64,000 nucleotides of DNA, from the NCBI GenBank assembly GCA_964351225.1, contig CAYGNG010000007.1, forward strand, positions 2,590 to 66,589, read 5' to 3'. The DNA comes from an uncultured Gammaproteobacteria bacterium. GTDB taxonomy: Bacteria > Pseudomonadota > Gammaproteobacteria > CAYGNG01. The position numbers and the translations under genes are program-made. The notes under the pieces were generated by a model. The model did no database searches and had not been told where the DNA came from. It saw nothing but the letters and a program-made list of their open reading frames with translations. Shown piece by piece: positions 9,379 through 20,497 of this stretch (positions are counted from its first letter, which is position 1; every line of letters begins with the position of its first letter).

Positions 9379-10121
9379 TTTTCACCCACGAACCCTCTTA
9401 ACCGATTCTCAATTAATCGTGGATGCTCGCCTTCTGCAATAGCAGAAAATCCTTCAATAAACATTTCCCGAGTGCGAGTACGTCTATCCACATGAGCACG
9501 TAACTTGTGTGCTATAGGTAAAAAAATTAAATTTGCGAAACCAACACCATAAATAGTGGCCACAAACGCAACCGCTATGCCCGCACCCAGCTCAGTTGGA
9601 TCGCTCAAATTATCCATCACATGAATTAACCCCAACACAGTTCCTAATATGCCAATGGTTGGGCTATAGCCACCTAAACTTTCAAAAACACCTGTCGCTT
9701 CAATATCAAGATGTTGCTCACTTTGTAATTCAAACATCAAGGCAGAACGAACTTCTGATGCCGTGTTACCGTCAATTATTAACTCAAGTCCTTTCCTAAT
9801 AAAGCTGTCTTTTTCTTTTGGAATTTCCGATTCAATACTTAAAATACCTTCTTTTCTCGTGACGGTGCTGATCTCAACAATTCGTTTAACATTTTTTAAT
9901 AGATTGCTTTTAGGAGGCAAAACCATCCACTTAATGATTTTTAGTGATCGGAAAAATATTTTGCTTGGTGTTTGCAAAATAACAGCACCAAAACTCCCTC
10001 CAATTACAATTAAAAATGCTGAACCATTCACAAGATGGCTTAAATCACCACCTTCAATAGTTTGACCTATTGCTATGGCAATGAATGCTAAAAGTATTCC
10101 AAATATTGTTAGAAAATCCAT
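9375..10121 (-). CDS. motC: Flagellar stator MotA/MotC
   Basis: GGYSPTIGILGTVLGLI, GIAVAFVATIYG, GEHPRLIE. Confidence 0.93.
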   Translation of the reverse strand: MDFLTIFGILLAFIAIAIGQTIEGGDLSHLVNGSAFLIVIGGSFGAVILQTPSKIFFRSLKIIKWMVLPPKSNLLKNVKRIVEISTVTRKEGILSIESEIPKEKDSFIRKGLELIIDGNTASEVRSALMFELQSEQHLDIEATGVFESLGGYSPTIGILGTVLGLIHVMDNLSDPTELGAGIAVAFVATIYGVGFANLIFLPIAHKLRAHVDRRTRTREMFIEGFSAIAEGEHPRLIENRLRGFVGEK

Positions 10122-10136
10122 TATGGAATTCCTTAC

Positions 10137-10883
10137 CTATTTATCCATTATCCAAGTGGTCATTCTCGATTGTAAACGAATCATGGCTTGACTATGGATC
10201 TGACAAATCCTTGATTCGCTAACACCTAACACGTCACCAATCTCTTTAAGATTCAATTCTTCATCATAATACAAAGCCAATACCAACCGCTCTCTTTCAG
10301 GTAAACTTACAATTTCATCGGAAATCTTCTTTCTTAATCGCTCACGATGAACACCATCACATGGATCGCTAGGGGCGCCATTAAATCCATCTTGACTTGA
10401 CAACCCCTCTGCGCCTCCAAGCAAGTCATCCAGTCCATATAAACGAGATCCCGTGCTATCTAATAACATTTGATGATATTCACTAATAGACATCTGAAGC
10501 GCCTCAGCAACTTCGGCATCTTTTGCATCTCGACCTTTTGAGTGCTCTAATGTGCGGATGGTTTCTGAAATCATTCTTGAATTTTTATGCACAGAGCGCG
10601 GGACCCAATCTCCTTTGCGAACTTCGTCTAACATCATTCCTCGGATCCGAATCCCCGCATAAGTCTCAAAGCTTGCCCCTTTACTCTCATCGTAATTTTT
10701 TGCGGCTTCTAGTAAACCAATCATTCCAGCTTGCACTAAATCATCAACTAATATGGTATTAGGCAATCGCCCAATAAGGTGATGAGCTATTTTTTTTACC
10801 ATGGGTGCATGCTTTTCAACAATTTCACTCAAGGTTTTTTCTGTTGACTTGATTTTATTATACATTTCCAATCCATTTTCCAT
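10137..10883 (-). CDS. fliA: RNA polymerase sigma-28 factor FliA
   Basis: DDLVQAGMIGLLEAA, DWVPRSV, LYYDEELNLKEIG.VLGVSESR; start placed at MENG (10883). Confidence 0.95.
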   Translation of the reverse strand: MENGLEMYNKIKSTEKTLSEIVEKHAPMVKKIAHHLIGRLPNTILVDDLVQAGMIGLLEAAKNYDESKGASFETYAGIRIRGMMLDEVRKGDWVPRSVHKNSRMISETIRTLEHSKGRDAKDAEVAEALQMSISEYHQMLLDSTGSRLYGLDDLLGGAEGLSSQDGFNGAPSDPCDGVHRERLRKKISDEIVSLPERERLVLALYYDEELNLKEIGDVLGVSESRICQIHSQAMIRLQSRMTTWIMDK

Positions 10884-10896
10884 GCTATTTTCCCTA

Positions 10897-11715
10897 TTAC
10901 TCAGCATGTTCTATCAACCTTTCTAAGAAAAAGGTAATATGCTTTCCATTTATTTCCGGAGCTGGCCAGCTCGTAACTCGATGAGCAAGCGTTTTAAAGG
11001 CAATACTTGATCGGGAACTTGGATATGCCTGAAAAACGGCTTTTTGCTTTTGAACGGCTTGCCGAAGATTCTCATCATAAGGAATCGAGCCAAGCAGATC
11101 TAAGGTTACATCTAAAAACCGATCGGTAGCTCGGAGCAATTTGGAAAACAAGGCACGCCCTTGCTTATCATTCGTCACCATATTGGATAAAATATGGAAT
11201 TTACTAACGCCATATTCCCGACTCATTATTTTCATCAAGGCATAGGCATCGGTAATGGAAGCCGGCTCATCGCACACCACCACCACAACCTCTTGTGCTG
11301 CGCGCATGAAAGTAATAACGTTGTCTGATATTCCTGCCGCCGTGTCAATCACAAGAATATCGAGATCATCTGTCAAATCATTAAAACTATTTATTAATCC
11401 AACGTGCTCATTAGCACTTAATTGCGTCATTATTTGGGTGCCTGATGCTGAAGGAATAATTTTAATGCCAAGTGGGCCTTGAAGAATCACATCCTGTAAA
11501 TCACTTTTCCCTTCAATAACATCTTGCAATGTTTTTTTAGGATGGATGCCTAATAACACATCCACATTAGCAAGTCCTAAGTCAGCATCCAGTAACAAAA
11601 CTTTCTGACCCAATGCGCCAAGTGCAATACTTAAATTAACTGAGACATTCGTCTTGCCTATACCGCCTTTCCCGCCCGATATCGCGATAACCCGCACCGG
11701 CTTAACCTTTGTCAT
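10897..11715 (-). CDS. fleN: MinD-like flagellar number regulator FleN/FlhG
   Basis: GGKGGIGKT, DADLGLANVD, EPASITDAYAL; lies between flhF and fliA. Confidence 0.93.
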   Translation of the reverse strand: MTKVKPVRVIAISGGKGGIGKTNVSVNLSIALGALGQKVLLLDADLGLANVDVLLGIHPKKTLQDVIEGKSDLQDVILQGPLGIKIIPSASGTQIMTQLSANEHVGLINSFNDLTDDLDILVIDTAAGISDNVITFMRAAQEVVVVVCDEPASITDAYALMKIMSREYGVSKFHILSNMVTNDKQGRALFSKLLRATDRFLDVTLDLLGSIPYDENLRQAVQKQKAVFQAYPSSRSSIAFKTLAHRVTSWPAPEINGKHITFFLERLIEHAE

Positions 11716-11735
11716 AATATATACCCCGTTCTCGC

Positions 11736-12941
11736 CTAATCATTGATTTCTGCAACTGTATTGCGGTATTCAATAGCAATTTCCTGTTCCATGCAGTTAA
11801 TGCCATGCTGCTTTGTTAATGCAATAGCTTTCTGAATAATCAAGTCTGTCGTTGCCAAGCCGATATCATCGGGAATTTTTTGCCCTGAACAAAAATATGA
11901 AATCGGTATTTTTGTTTCAATCAAATTACTGATGATCGCACCCAGGCTCGTTGCTTCATCCACTTTAGTTACAATCAAATTATTGATATCGTATTTTTGG
12001 TAATATCTAATCGTTTCATCTTGAACTAAATCTTGATTGTTTGCAGCGAGGACGAGCGATTTCTTTATTTTATCTTTTGCTTGCAGCATAGTAAGCAACC
12101 CCTCAAGACGTGGATCATAAAGACAGAGACCCGGGGTGTCGACAATAATTAAATGCTTGCTGCTCATGCTACGAATTGCTGCGGATAAGGATGCTTCACT
12201 ATTAATTGTATGGATGTTGATGTTCATAAGCTTTCCGAAAGTTTTAATTTGTTCAACGGCGGCAATTCGATAAACATCGGTTGTCAAAATCTCTACTGAA
12301 TCGGAGCCATAAGTCATTGCACATTGTGCTGCAAGCTTCGCTACCGTCGTGGTTTTTCCAACGCCCGTTGCTCCAACACAGGCTATAATTCCGCCTTGAG
12401 TAACCAGATCATTATCAAGTGTCAATATGTTGCTTTTAATCATTGATAACACAAAGTCCCAGGCTTGTTCTGTTTCCCACATCTCTGGAACTAAAGATGA
12501 ATAATTTTTTGCAAGTATGTTTTTAATTCCAAGTTTTTTTAAGCGTCTAAACATTTTTGCTTGAATGGGGTTTTGACTTTGCAAATTAGACCAAGCGAAT
12601 CCAGCCAGTTGATCTTGCAGCAAGCCACGCAACACGGTTAATTCATTTTGGAGGCTAACTAAAACGGGGTCTTCTTCCCAATTGACGCTGGAGAGCTTTT
12701 GCTTGCGGCTTCTGTCTTGTGCAATTGCTTCTGCCTCTTTCTGTTTCACTGCTGTAGATTTATTACTATTTTCCGCTGTACTTTGTTGCAAAGCACTTTC
12801 GTCGTAATTAGCAGCAGCAACTATTTCAATGCCATTTTCAACCTTTCTGTCTGACAGAATGACCGCATCTTCTCCTAATGTTTGGCGGATGATCCTAAGC
12901 GCCTCGCTCATGTCTTTTGCAAATATCCGCTTCATTTTCAT
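11736..12941 (-). CDS. flhF: SRP-type GTPase FlhF
   Basis: GATGVGKTTT, DTPG, TKVDE, GQKIPDD; start at MKMKRIF after GGAGA. Confidence 0.92.
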   Translation of the reverse strand: MKMKRIFAKDMSEALRIIRQTLGEDAVILSDRKVENGIEIVAAANYDESALQQSTAENSNKSTAVKQKEAEAIAQDRSRKQKLSSVNWEEDPVLVSLQNELTVLRGLLQDQLAGFAWSNLQSQNPIQAKMFRRLKKLGIKNILAKNYSSLVPEMWETEQAWDFVLSMIKSNILTLDNDLVTQGGIIACVGATGVGKTTTVAKLAAQCAMTYGSDSVEILTTDVYRIAAVEQIKTFGKLMNINIHTINSEASLSAAIRSMSSKHLIIVDTPGLCLYDPRLEGLLTMLQAKDKIKKSLVLAANNQDLVQDETIRYYQKYDINNLIVTKVDEATSLGAIISNLIETKIPISYFCSGQKIPDDIGLATTDLIIQKAIALTKQHGINCMEQEIAIEYRNTVAEIND

Positions 12942-12965
12942 TATATCTCTCCGCACAATTGAGCG

Positions 12966-15071
12966 TTATTGACCAACCGATCCCACCACTTTCAACTGCT
13001 TGTTCTCAGGAACCTCTTGGTACGACAACACATGTATATTCATCGAGCTCATCCTCACAAATCGAGCAAGTAAATTTCTCAATTGTGGCGCCACTAATAA
13101 CACAGCGGGAAATCCTGCCACCTCTTGCCGCTGAGCAATCTCCATGATGGATCTTTGTAGTTTCTCCACCAATCCCGGTTCAAGACCCGATCCATCTTCG
13201 CCACCCACCTGTATAGCAGTAAGCAAGATGCGTTCCAATTCTGGCATAAGGGTAATCACAGGCAATTCATTTGATAACCCATTGATACTTTGTATAATTA
13301 ATCTATTGAGTGCAACCCGAACCGCAGCGGTTAAGACGTCAGAATCACGACTTCTGGGGCTTGTCTGTGCCAAAGTTTCGGCGATGGTTCTGACGTCGGT
13401 AATTGGAATTTGTTCACGTAATAGATTTTGCATAACCTGAACGATGGTTCCTAATGGTAAATTATCTGATGTGACTTCATCGGCGAGCTTTGGTGAGCTC
13501 ACACGCAGCTTCTCTAACAGATGTTGGCCTTCCTCATGTCCAAAGAGATCGGCGGCATTAGCCTTCATTACGTGACTAATATGGGTTGCTATTACCGTGC
13601 TGGGATCGACGACGGTATAGCCAAGTGATTGTGCATAATCTTTTTGTGCGCTTGCTATCCATTTTGCCTTAAGGCCAAAAGCTGGATCTTTCGCATTAAT
13701 TCCCTCGATATCACCAAATACTTGTCCGGGATTAATTGCTAATAATTTATCAATATGGATTTCCGATTCACTAATGGTTACTCCCATTAACGTAATACGA
13801 TAATGGCTCGGTGTTAATTCAAGATTATCACGAATGTGGACTGGCGGGATCAGGAAGCCTAACTCTTGTGAGAGTTTACGCCTAATACCCTTTATTCTTT
13901 CCATCAGTTTACCGCCTTGTTGTTTATCAACCAATGGAATGAGTCTATAACCAACCTCAAGACCCAAGGTATCGACGGGCACAACATCATCCCAAGACAA
14001 TTCGGATTTGGATTTACTTATTAACTCTTGATTTTGAGTTTTCTCTATTTCCTTGTGTTGTACTTCTTGTAAAGATCTAAGTGCTTTTTCATCTCGACGC
14101 TTGCTTATAAAATATCCTGCCGCGCCAACGCCAGCTGCCAAACTCAAAAAAGCAAAATGTGGCATATGAGGGATCAAGCCCAATGTTCCTAAAATTGAAG
14201 CGGTGACAAATAAAGACTTCGGCTTATCAAAAATTTGAATTAGTACTTGCGCTGAAACATCTTGCGAGGAAGAAACGCGAGTAACCATAATCGCAGCAGC
14301 AATTGACAGCAATAGCGAAGGAATTTGTGCAACCAAGCCATCGCCAATGGTTAGCAGCGCATAATTCTGCACAGCATGACCTACTGTCATGCTGTGTTGG
14401 AACGTACCAATTAATACCCCCCCGATTAAATTTATAAATAATATCAGTAAGCCTGCTATTGCATCGCCCCGAACAAACTTACTCGCACCATCCATTGAGC
14501 CGTAAAAATCCGCTTCATCTCGAACTTCCGCCCTTCGCCCTTTTGCTTCTTCTGCAGAAATAAGGCCCGCATTGAGATCAGCATCAATTGCCATTTGCTT
14601 ACCTGGCATTGCATCTAGCGTAAAACGCGCACTGACTTCAGAGATCCTGCCGGCACCTTTGGTAATAACAACAAAATTGATGATAACCAAGATAGCAAAT
14701 ACAACGAGCCCGACGGCATAGTTACCGCCGATAACAACCGAACCAAATGACTCGACCACTTTTCCCGCTGCACTTGTTCCCATGTGACCATTCAATAAGA
14801 CAACTCGGGTAGAAGCAATGTTTAATGCCAAGCGCAGCAAGGTTGAAACCAATAAGACGGTTGGAAACACACCGAACTCCAGCGGGCGGTTAGCGTAAAC
14901 ACAGGTTAGTAACACAACTAAAGATAGCGCTATATTAAATGAAAACAACAAATCCAAAATAAAAGGCGGCAGTGGTAATATCATCATAGCGAGCAGTGTG
15001 ACGATCAATACAGGGATCCCAATGCCTAATTTGAATTTATCGAAAATATTATTTGACACTAATGGCATCAT
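12966..15071 (-). CDS. flhA: Flagellar export gate protein FlhA
   Basis: EVSARFTLDAMPGKQMAIDADLNAG, FYGSMDGASKFVRGDA. Confidence 0.97.
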   Translation of the reverse strand: MMPLVSNNIFDKFKLGIGIPVLIVTLLAMMILPLPPFILDLLFSFNIALSLVVLLTCVYANRPLEFGVFPTVLLVSTLLRLALNIASTRVVLLNGHMGTSAAGKVVESFGSVVIGGNYAVGLVVFAILVIINFVVITKGAGRISEVSARFTLDAMPGKQMAIDADLNAGLISAEEAKGRRAEVRDEADFYGSMDGASKFVRGDAIAGLLILFINLIGGVLIGTFQHSMTVGHAVQNYALLTIGDGLVAQIPSLLLSIAAAIMVTRVSSSQDVSAQVLIQIFDKPKSLFVTASILGTLGLIPHMPHFAFLSLAAGVGAAGYFISKRRDEKALRSLQEVQHKEIEKTQNQELISKSKSELSWDDVVPVDTLGLEVGYRLIPLVDKQQGGKLMERIKGIRRKLSQELGFLIPPVHIRDNLELTPSHYRITLMGVTISESEIHIDKLLAINPGQVFGDIEGINAKDPAFGLKAKWIASAQKDYAQSLGYTVVDPSTVIATHISHVMKANAADLFGHEEGQHLLEKLRVSSPKLADEVTSDNLPLGTIVQVMQNLLREQIPITDVRTIAETLAQTSPRSRDSDVLTAAVRVALNRLIIQSINGLSNELPVITLMPELERILLTAIQVGGEDGSGLEPGLVEKLQRSIMEIAQRQEVAGFPAVLLVAPQLRNLLARFVRMSSMNIHVLSYQEVPENKQLKVVGSVGQ

Positions 15072-15084
15072 AATTAAACCCCAC

Positions 15085-16215
15085 CTACCGCTTTAAGTCA
15101 TCTGGAATTGGCAAGTCTTTAACTGTTTTTGGCTTTTTCGCCTTGCCTGCTTTATACATTCGGATCTGAAAAACATAAGCTAAAACCTGAGCCACTGCGA
15201 TATATAAGCCATACGGAATCTCCGCATTCAATTTCGTGCTGTGATAAATAGCCCTGGCTAATGGTGGCGCTGCAAAAAGTTCAACTTGATGTGCTTGTGC
15301 AACTTTAATAATATGGAGCGCCATATGATCCACCCCTCGAGCAATCACAATAGGCGCCCCATCAGATAACTGATCATATTTTAGTGCAACCGCATAGTGT
15401 GTTGGATTGGTTATGATGACGTCTGCTTGAGGCACGTCAGCCATCATCTTACGTTTAGAAACCTCTTCTTGTAATTGACGAATCTTCTGCTTAACTTCTG
15501 GTCGGCCCTCAACCTCCTTGTACTCATCTCTTAGCTCTTGACGCGTCATTTTTAGCTGTTTAGCGTTATCCCACAGCTGAAATGGAACATCGATAGCTGC
15601 AATAATAAACAATGAAAGCGACAAAATTAAGGTTGTCCACCCCAAAATATGCAATGCTTCAGCAACAGCTGGTTGCAAGGCGTATTTAGACAAATCCATA
15701 ATATGCTTGTGTTTAATATACAGTAAAGCAGTTGCAAACAGTAAGATCACCACAAATTTCCCAAGCGCTTTAACCAGCTCCATAAGCCCTTTCAAAGAAA
15801 ACATTCGTTTAAATCCACTGATGGGATCCAGCCGTTCAAGTTTAAAATTAATAATTGAGAAATTAACTCTAATGCCACCAAGCAACCCTGCACCAATTAG
15901 TGAAGCAAAAACCAAAATAATTAATATAGGCAAGATTGCTATGAGCATATGGGATATCGCAAAATAAAAATCTTGTAACATACTGCTGGTGGTAAATAGC
16001 TCATCCCGCTCTATCGTAAAAATGCTACGCATCATTGCCAATAATTTTTCGCCAACTTCCACGCCAAACGACAACAACATAAGCATCCCGACAAGTACAA
16101 CAAATGCGGTATTTAACTCCTTGGAACGAGGGATCTGACCCTTGTCACGGGCTTCACTGCGTCGCTTCTCTGTCGGCTCTTCTGTTCGTTCTTGGCTGCT
16201 ATCTTCATCTGACAT
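15085..16215 (-). CDS. flhB: Flagellar export switch protein FlhB
   Basis: ERTEEPT, EGRPEVK, NPTH autocleavage motif. Confidence 0.96.
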   Translation of the reverse strand: MSDEDSSQERTEEPTEKRRSEARDKGQIPRSKELNTAFVVLVGMLMLLSFGVEVGEKLLAMMRSIFTIERDELFTTSSMLQDFYFAISHMLIAILPILIILVFASLIGAGLLGGIRVNFSIINFKLERLDPISGFKRMFSLKGLMELVKALGKFVVILLFATALLYIKHKHIMDLSKYALQPAVAEALHILGWTTLILSLSLFIIAAIDVPFQLWDNAKQLKMTRQELRDEYKEVEGRPEVKQKIRQLQEEVSKRKMMADVPQADVIITNPTHYAVALKYDQLSDGAPIVIARGVDHMALHIIKVAQAHQVELFAAPPLARAIYHSTKLNAEIPYGLYIAVAQVLAYVFQIRMYKAGKAKKPKTVKDLPIPDDLKR

Positions 16216-16997
16216 TACTTACCCCCGCCAGATAACCAAGCATCAATCGTCATAAACCCCATAGACAGCACGGCTTCAACTTGTGGAATGATATTTGATA
16301 ATAAGAAATAGACCACAAACAAGCCAATGACTAACGTGATAGGAAACCCGATGGTGAAAATATTTAACTGTGGCGCTGAACGGGTAAGAATGCCAAATGA
16401 AATATTAATAATGAGCAAAGCGACTATCGCCGGCAACGCCATAGAAATGGCTCCGGCAAACATCGAGGATCCCAGCAGGATGATATCCCAAAAATGATTT
16501 TTAGAGAAAACACTTTCTCCAATAGGAAAAGCCACAAAACTATTTGATATGAGTTTTATTAACTCTAAATGACCGTTAAATGCCAAAAATAGCAATGTCA
16601 CTATAATTAAATATAACTGGCTAATCAGCGGCACAGTCAGGCCACTTTGTGGGTCAACCATGGATGCAAATCCAAGACCGGCTTGCATGGCTATCAGTTG
16701 GGATCCAATCACAAAGGTCTGTAATAAAATCAAAAAAACAAACCCGATGGACAGTCCAATTAATAACTCTTGGCTAATAATAAAAAAACCATTTAAAGAA
16801 ATAATATCAATCTTAGGTATATTCGATATCGTCGACGAAACAGGAATGGTAACAATCATGCAAATAAGCAGACGCATTCGCGCTGGCAATAAACCTGAAT
16901 CAAAAACTGGTGCCACAAGCATCATCCCACCAACTCTTATCAATGGCAAAATTAGTAAATTAATCCATTTCATAAGGTCACTATATAATAAATCCAT
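16215..16997 (-). CDS. fliR: Flagellar export protein FliR
   Basis: QAGLGFASMVDP, RSAPQLNIF. Confidence 0.95.
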   Translation of the reverse strand: MDLLYSDLMKWINLLILPLIRVGGMMLVAPVFDSGLLPARMRLLICMIVTIPVSSTISNIPKIDIISLNGFFIISQELLIGLSIGFVFLILLQTFVIGSQLIAMQAGLGFASMVDPQSGLTVPLISQLYLIIVTLLFLAFNGHLELIKLISNSFVAFPIGESVFSKNHFWDIILLGSSMFAGAISMALPAIVALLIINISFGILTRSAPQLNIFTIGFPITLVIGLFVVYFLLSNIIPQVEAVLSMGFMTIDAWLSGGGK

Positions 16998-17000
16998 CTA

Positions 17001-17270
17001 CTACCCTATTATCGATGGGATATCTAATATCAATTCACGGGTATATTCGACCATGGTTTTTAGCAACCACGGCCCCGTGATCAACATCGCTAGGAAAGTC
17101 ACAAGTAATCGCGGAACAAAGCTTAAACTCATTTCATTAATTTGTGTGGCCGCTTGAAACATGGCAACCAAAAGCCCAACAAGCAAACCCGGCAAAACCA
17201 GTATCGTCACCACCATGCAGGTGATGTATATTGCATGCCTAAATAAATCAACCATCATTTCTGGAGCCAT
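17001..17270 (-). CDS. fliQ: Flagellar export protein FliQ
   Basis: GLLVAMFQAATQINEMSLSFVPR; start placed at MAPEM (17270). Confidence 0.95.
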   Translation of the reverse strand: MAPEMMVDLFRHAIYITCMVVTILVLPGLLVGLLVAMFQAATQINEMSLSFVPRLLVTFLAMLITGPWLLKTMVEYTRELILDIPSIIG

Positions 17271-17278
17271 CTTACACC

Positions 17279-18019
17279 TCAAAATCCAAAGCTTGCTGCC
17301 AATGTGCCCATCACTAAAGCCCAACCATCTACTAATACAAACAGCATAACTTTAAATGGAAGCGAGATAATCAAAGGAGATAACATCATCATCCCCATCG
17401 CCATCAAAACACTTGCTACCACCAAATCAATAATAAGAAATGGGATAAATAATACAAAACCAATTTGAAAAGCGGTCTTTAGTTCGCTTGTCACGAATGC
17501 GGGCATGATCACGGTTAATGGATATTCTTCTATTGTTACATCTGCCTTAAGACCAGCCATTGAACGGAACAGTGACAAATCATCTTTCCGTATTTGCTTT
17601 AGCATGAATTGTCTTATTGGGATCTCTGCTTTTTTTAATGCTTCTGCTTGCGATATTTTATCCATCAGCAAAGGTTGTATTGCTGTTCTGTTTATTTCAT
17701 TTAAAACAGGGGTCATAATAAATATTGATAGGAACAAAGACATTCCAACCAATATTTGATTGGTTGGTGTTTGTGGCATGCCAACTGCCTGCCTTAACAT
17801 AGACAGCACAATGATGATTCGGGTAAATGAAGTCATTAACATTAATGCAGCAGGCAATAACGTCAATGCCGTCATCGCCATTAAAACTTGAATATTCAAG
17901 CTGTAGCTTTCACCGCCTGCCGTTTTTGTTACGGTCATTGCTGTCAGCTTTCCAAAATCTGCTGAAGCCAAATCAGGAAGAATTAATAGTATGCATAAAA
18001 AAACCAAATTTCGCTTCAT
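17279..18019 (-). CDS. fliP: Flagellar export protein FliP
   Basis: [33 protein letters not shown]. Confidence 0.97.
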   Translation of the reverse strand: MKRNLVFLCILLILPDLASADFGKLTAMTVTKTAGGESYSLNIQVLMAMTALTLLPAALMLMTSFTRIIIVLSMLRQAVGMPQTPTNQILVGMSLFLSIFIMTPVLNEINRTAIQPLLMDKISQAEALKKAEIPIRQFMLKQIRKDDLSLFRSMAGLKADVTIEEYPLTVIMPAFVTSELKTAFQIGFVLFIPFLIIDLVVASVLMAMGMMMLSPLIISLPFKVMLFVLVDGWALVMGTLAASFGF

Positions 18020-18450
18020 GATTTTTCCCCACGCGAACAGGCTTTATGTAAAATGTCTGTAAAAGTGCTTTTTTTTAAAGAAGCTGGAATATCAGGTTCT
18101 GCTAGCGGTTCGTCTAATATCATTAATGTGCGAATAGTCCCTGGCGCAATCCCAACCAACAACTGTTTCTCACCGACTTGTATTAAAATTACTTTTTCTC
18201 TTACGCCAATATTAAGACCAGACACCACTTTCAGATTGGTTTTCCCGTGAATTGAAAATTGCTGAATTTTTTTTAAAAAAAAGCCAAAAACAAGAACCAG
18301 CACAATCACAAAGCACAGAGCAAATGCTATTTTATAATAGTCCGGACCAACAAATTCTATGGACCCAGTGGTCGCCACCGCCGAGCTTGCATATGCCTCT
18401 TTTAATGAGAAAAATGCTATTGCCATTAACGTCCCACTTGTTCTTAACAT
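18016..18450 (-). CDS. fliO: Flagellar protein FliO
   Basis: TM helix then [19 protein letters not shown]; lies between fliN and fliP. Confidence 0.9.
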   Translation of the reverse strand: MLRTSGTLMAIAFFSLKEAYASSAVATTGSIEFVGPDYYKIAFALCFVIVLVLVFGFFLKKIQQFSIHGKTNLKVVSGLNIGVREKVILIQVGEKQLLVGIAPGTIRTLMILDEPLAEPDIPASLKKSTFTDILHKACSRGEKS

Positions 18451-18457
18451 AACACCC

Positions 18458-18811
18458 TCATTTCAATTTTTTAATCCGCTCAGCCGTGCTGATTACATCT
18501 GTCAGTCGTATGGCAAATTTATCATGTACGATGACCACTTCACCGTGCGCTATTAAAGTACCATTAATTTTAATATCCAATGGTTCTCCGGCTAACCTAT
18601 CCAGCTCCACTACCGATCCTTGATTTAGCTGCAATAGCTTGCGAATGCTGATTTGTGCTCTACCAATCTCCACCGATAACAACACCGAGATATCCAAAAT
18701 CACTTCGAGATCCGCTTCATTAGGAGGGGGGCTTTTCTCCTCTACTAAATTATCAAACTCAGCTGTCGAAGCCGCATCACTGGATCCTGGATTTACCGAT
18801 TCATCATTCAT
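18458..18811 (-). CDS. fliN: Flagellar motor switch FliN
   Basis: LLQLNQGSVVELDRLAGEPLD...AHGEVV; ATG 18811 after GAGGAG. Confidence 0.95.
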   Translation of the reverse strand: MNDESVNPGSSDAASTAEFDNLVEEKSPPPNEADLEVILDISVLLSVEIGRAQISIRKLLQLNQGSVVELDRLAGEPLDIKINGTLIAHGEVVIVHDKFAIRLTDVISTAERIKKLK

Positions 18812-18851
18812 CAAATCACTCCTCTTCAGCACGCATTGCTATTTATCCGCG

Positions 18852-19856
18852 CTAATCTTTGCCAACCCTGCCAAGAATTTTAATTGCACATGTTTTATTT
18901 GAAACGCCAAATCTCGCACGAAATGTCGGGATACCATTTGCCAACACGGTCACATGCTCTTTCATATCAACACCAATAATATCGCCAGCTTTCAGATCCA
19001 ATATGTCGTTAAAAGTAATCTGTGTGCTTGCCAGATCGCCGGTAACCTCTAATAAAGCATCGAATATTTCTTCTTGCAGCGCACTAGACCAACGCTCATT
19101 CACATCTTCTTTATCTGCTGTCACACCAATTTCTAGCGCGGAACGAATCGGCTCTATCATTGAGTATGGCATTGCAATATGAATTTCATCTGAAAATTTA
19201 TCTACGCTAATATCGAAATGCACTACAACAACCATCTCATTTGGTGAGATGACATTTACTAAGTTTGGGTTGATTTCATGCCCTTGCTCTTCACATTTTA
19301 TAGGAATAATCGGATCCCAAGCGCTCATCAAATCCTGCAGTATCATCTCAAGGACTAATCTGCAAATTCTAAGCTCTACTTGAGTGTATTCTTTCTTATT
19401 CCGGATATCGCCTATATCGAGAGGACCGCCAAACAAGCTGTTCACCAACCCCACAACAAACTTGGTGCCAAAAATACACAAAGAAGTACCGATAAGTGGT
19501 CTCATCCTGAATAAATTAAGCGAACACGGTGTGTCTAGACTTGAAAAATATTCGGAGCATTTTAGTGTGATAATTTCTTTTCCTGATACTTCAACTGCAC
19601 GACGCAATAAATTCATCAAGCTGGTTCGCAAGCTTCTTGCAAAGCGCTCATTGATTGCCACCAGACCAGACAAACGACCGCTTGCTTCTCTTTGCTGAGC
19701 GGCAAAATCATAGTAGCGAAAACCATCATCGGTAAGCTTATGATCGTCTTTTGTGTCAACTTTTTCGTCTGCCACACCTGTCAGCAGCGTATCGATTTCG
19801 TCTTGAGACAAAAACTCATTGCTTTTACCCGAATTGCTGCCGCCTGGATCCGTCAT
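18852..19856 (-). CDS. fliM: Flagellar motor switch FliM
   Basis: LSQDEIDTLL, YDF, PYSMIEPIR, C-terminal SpoA domain. Confidence 0.93.
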   Translation of the reverse strand: MTDPGGSNSGKSNEFLSQDEIDTLLTGVADEKVDTKDDHKLTDDGFRYYDFAAQQREASGRLSGLVAINERFARSLRTSLMNLLRRAVEVSGKEIITLKCSEYFSSLDTPCSLNLFRMRPLIGTSLCIFGTKFVVGLVNSLFGGPLDIGDIRNKKEYTQVELRICRLVLEMILQDLMSAWDPIIPIKCEEQGHEINPNLVNVISPNEMVVVVHFDISVDKFSDEIHIAMPYSMIEPIRSALEIGVTADKEDVNERWSSALQEEIFDALLEVTGDLASTQITFNDILDLKAGDIIGVDMKEHVTVLANGIPTFRARFGVSNKTCAIKILGRVGKD

Positions 19857-19858
19857 GG

Positions 19859-20464
19859 CTATTGCACCACAAATTTTGTAAACAATACCGTTTCAATCTT
19901 GCTGCCTGAGCCTTGTTCTTTTAGAACTTTATTTATCGCATCAGCGCATTCCATTCGTAAGCTGTCTTTGCCAGCGATTGTTGACAATTGATCATAACTT
20001 TTGTTAGAAAATAGATTATTTAAGTCATTGCGAATAAGTGGTGAATGCAGCTCAACATCATCAATTGCCGACTGTTCTCGCGCAAGAACAGATACATCAA
20101 TTTCTAGATATAATTTTTTATATGTCGATGTTTGGAGTCTAACAATAAATGAAGGCTTAATGTTGTAGTATAGCGCTTTGGGTTTAGTTGCTATCGACGA
20201 CTTCTCCTCCACAGTGATTGGCGGCGATTCATCGCTAACCGCTGACTCATCTTTGCCACCAATAAATAGCAGTACCACGACTCCGAGTACGATACATACT
20301 ATTACGATGACTACCGACAACAGGATTATCTTTTTCTTAGATTTTTTTACCGATGCTTCAGAGGTATTGGCATTATTATCATCCCCGGCTCCTTTGCGAT
20401 TGCTTTCAGTTGATTCTTGCTCTGTTGCCTCTTGATCCTTTGCTTTGAATTTTTTCTTAGCCAT
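19859..20464 (-). CDS. fliL: Flagellar basal body protein FliL
   Basis: Basic stretch plus TM helix, PLIRND, VLFTKFVVQ terminus; start at 20464 after GGAG. Confidence 0.9.
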   Translation of the reverse strand: MAKKKFKAKDQEATEQESTESNRKGAGDDNNANTSEASVKKSKKKIILLSVVIVIVCIVLGVVVLLFIGGKDESAVSDESPPITVEEKSSIATKPKALYYNIKPSFIVRLQTSTYKKLYLEIDVSVLAREQSAIDDVELHSPLIRNDLNNLFSNKSYDQLSTIAGKDSLRMECADAINKVLKEQGSGSKIETVLFTKFVVQ

Positions 20465-20497
20465 TTCTATCTCCATATAGATAGCTATAGCTAACCG

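Noticed and set aside
2084-20435. Many plus-strand ORFs of 60-165 aa antisense to the E1 and flagellar genes
   Set aside because: They lie opposite well-supported genes, lack recognisable motifs and are typical antisense shadows. The same applies to shadow ORFs elsewhere in the window.
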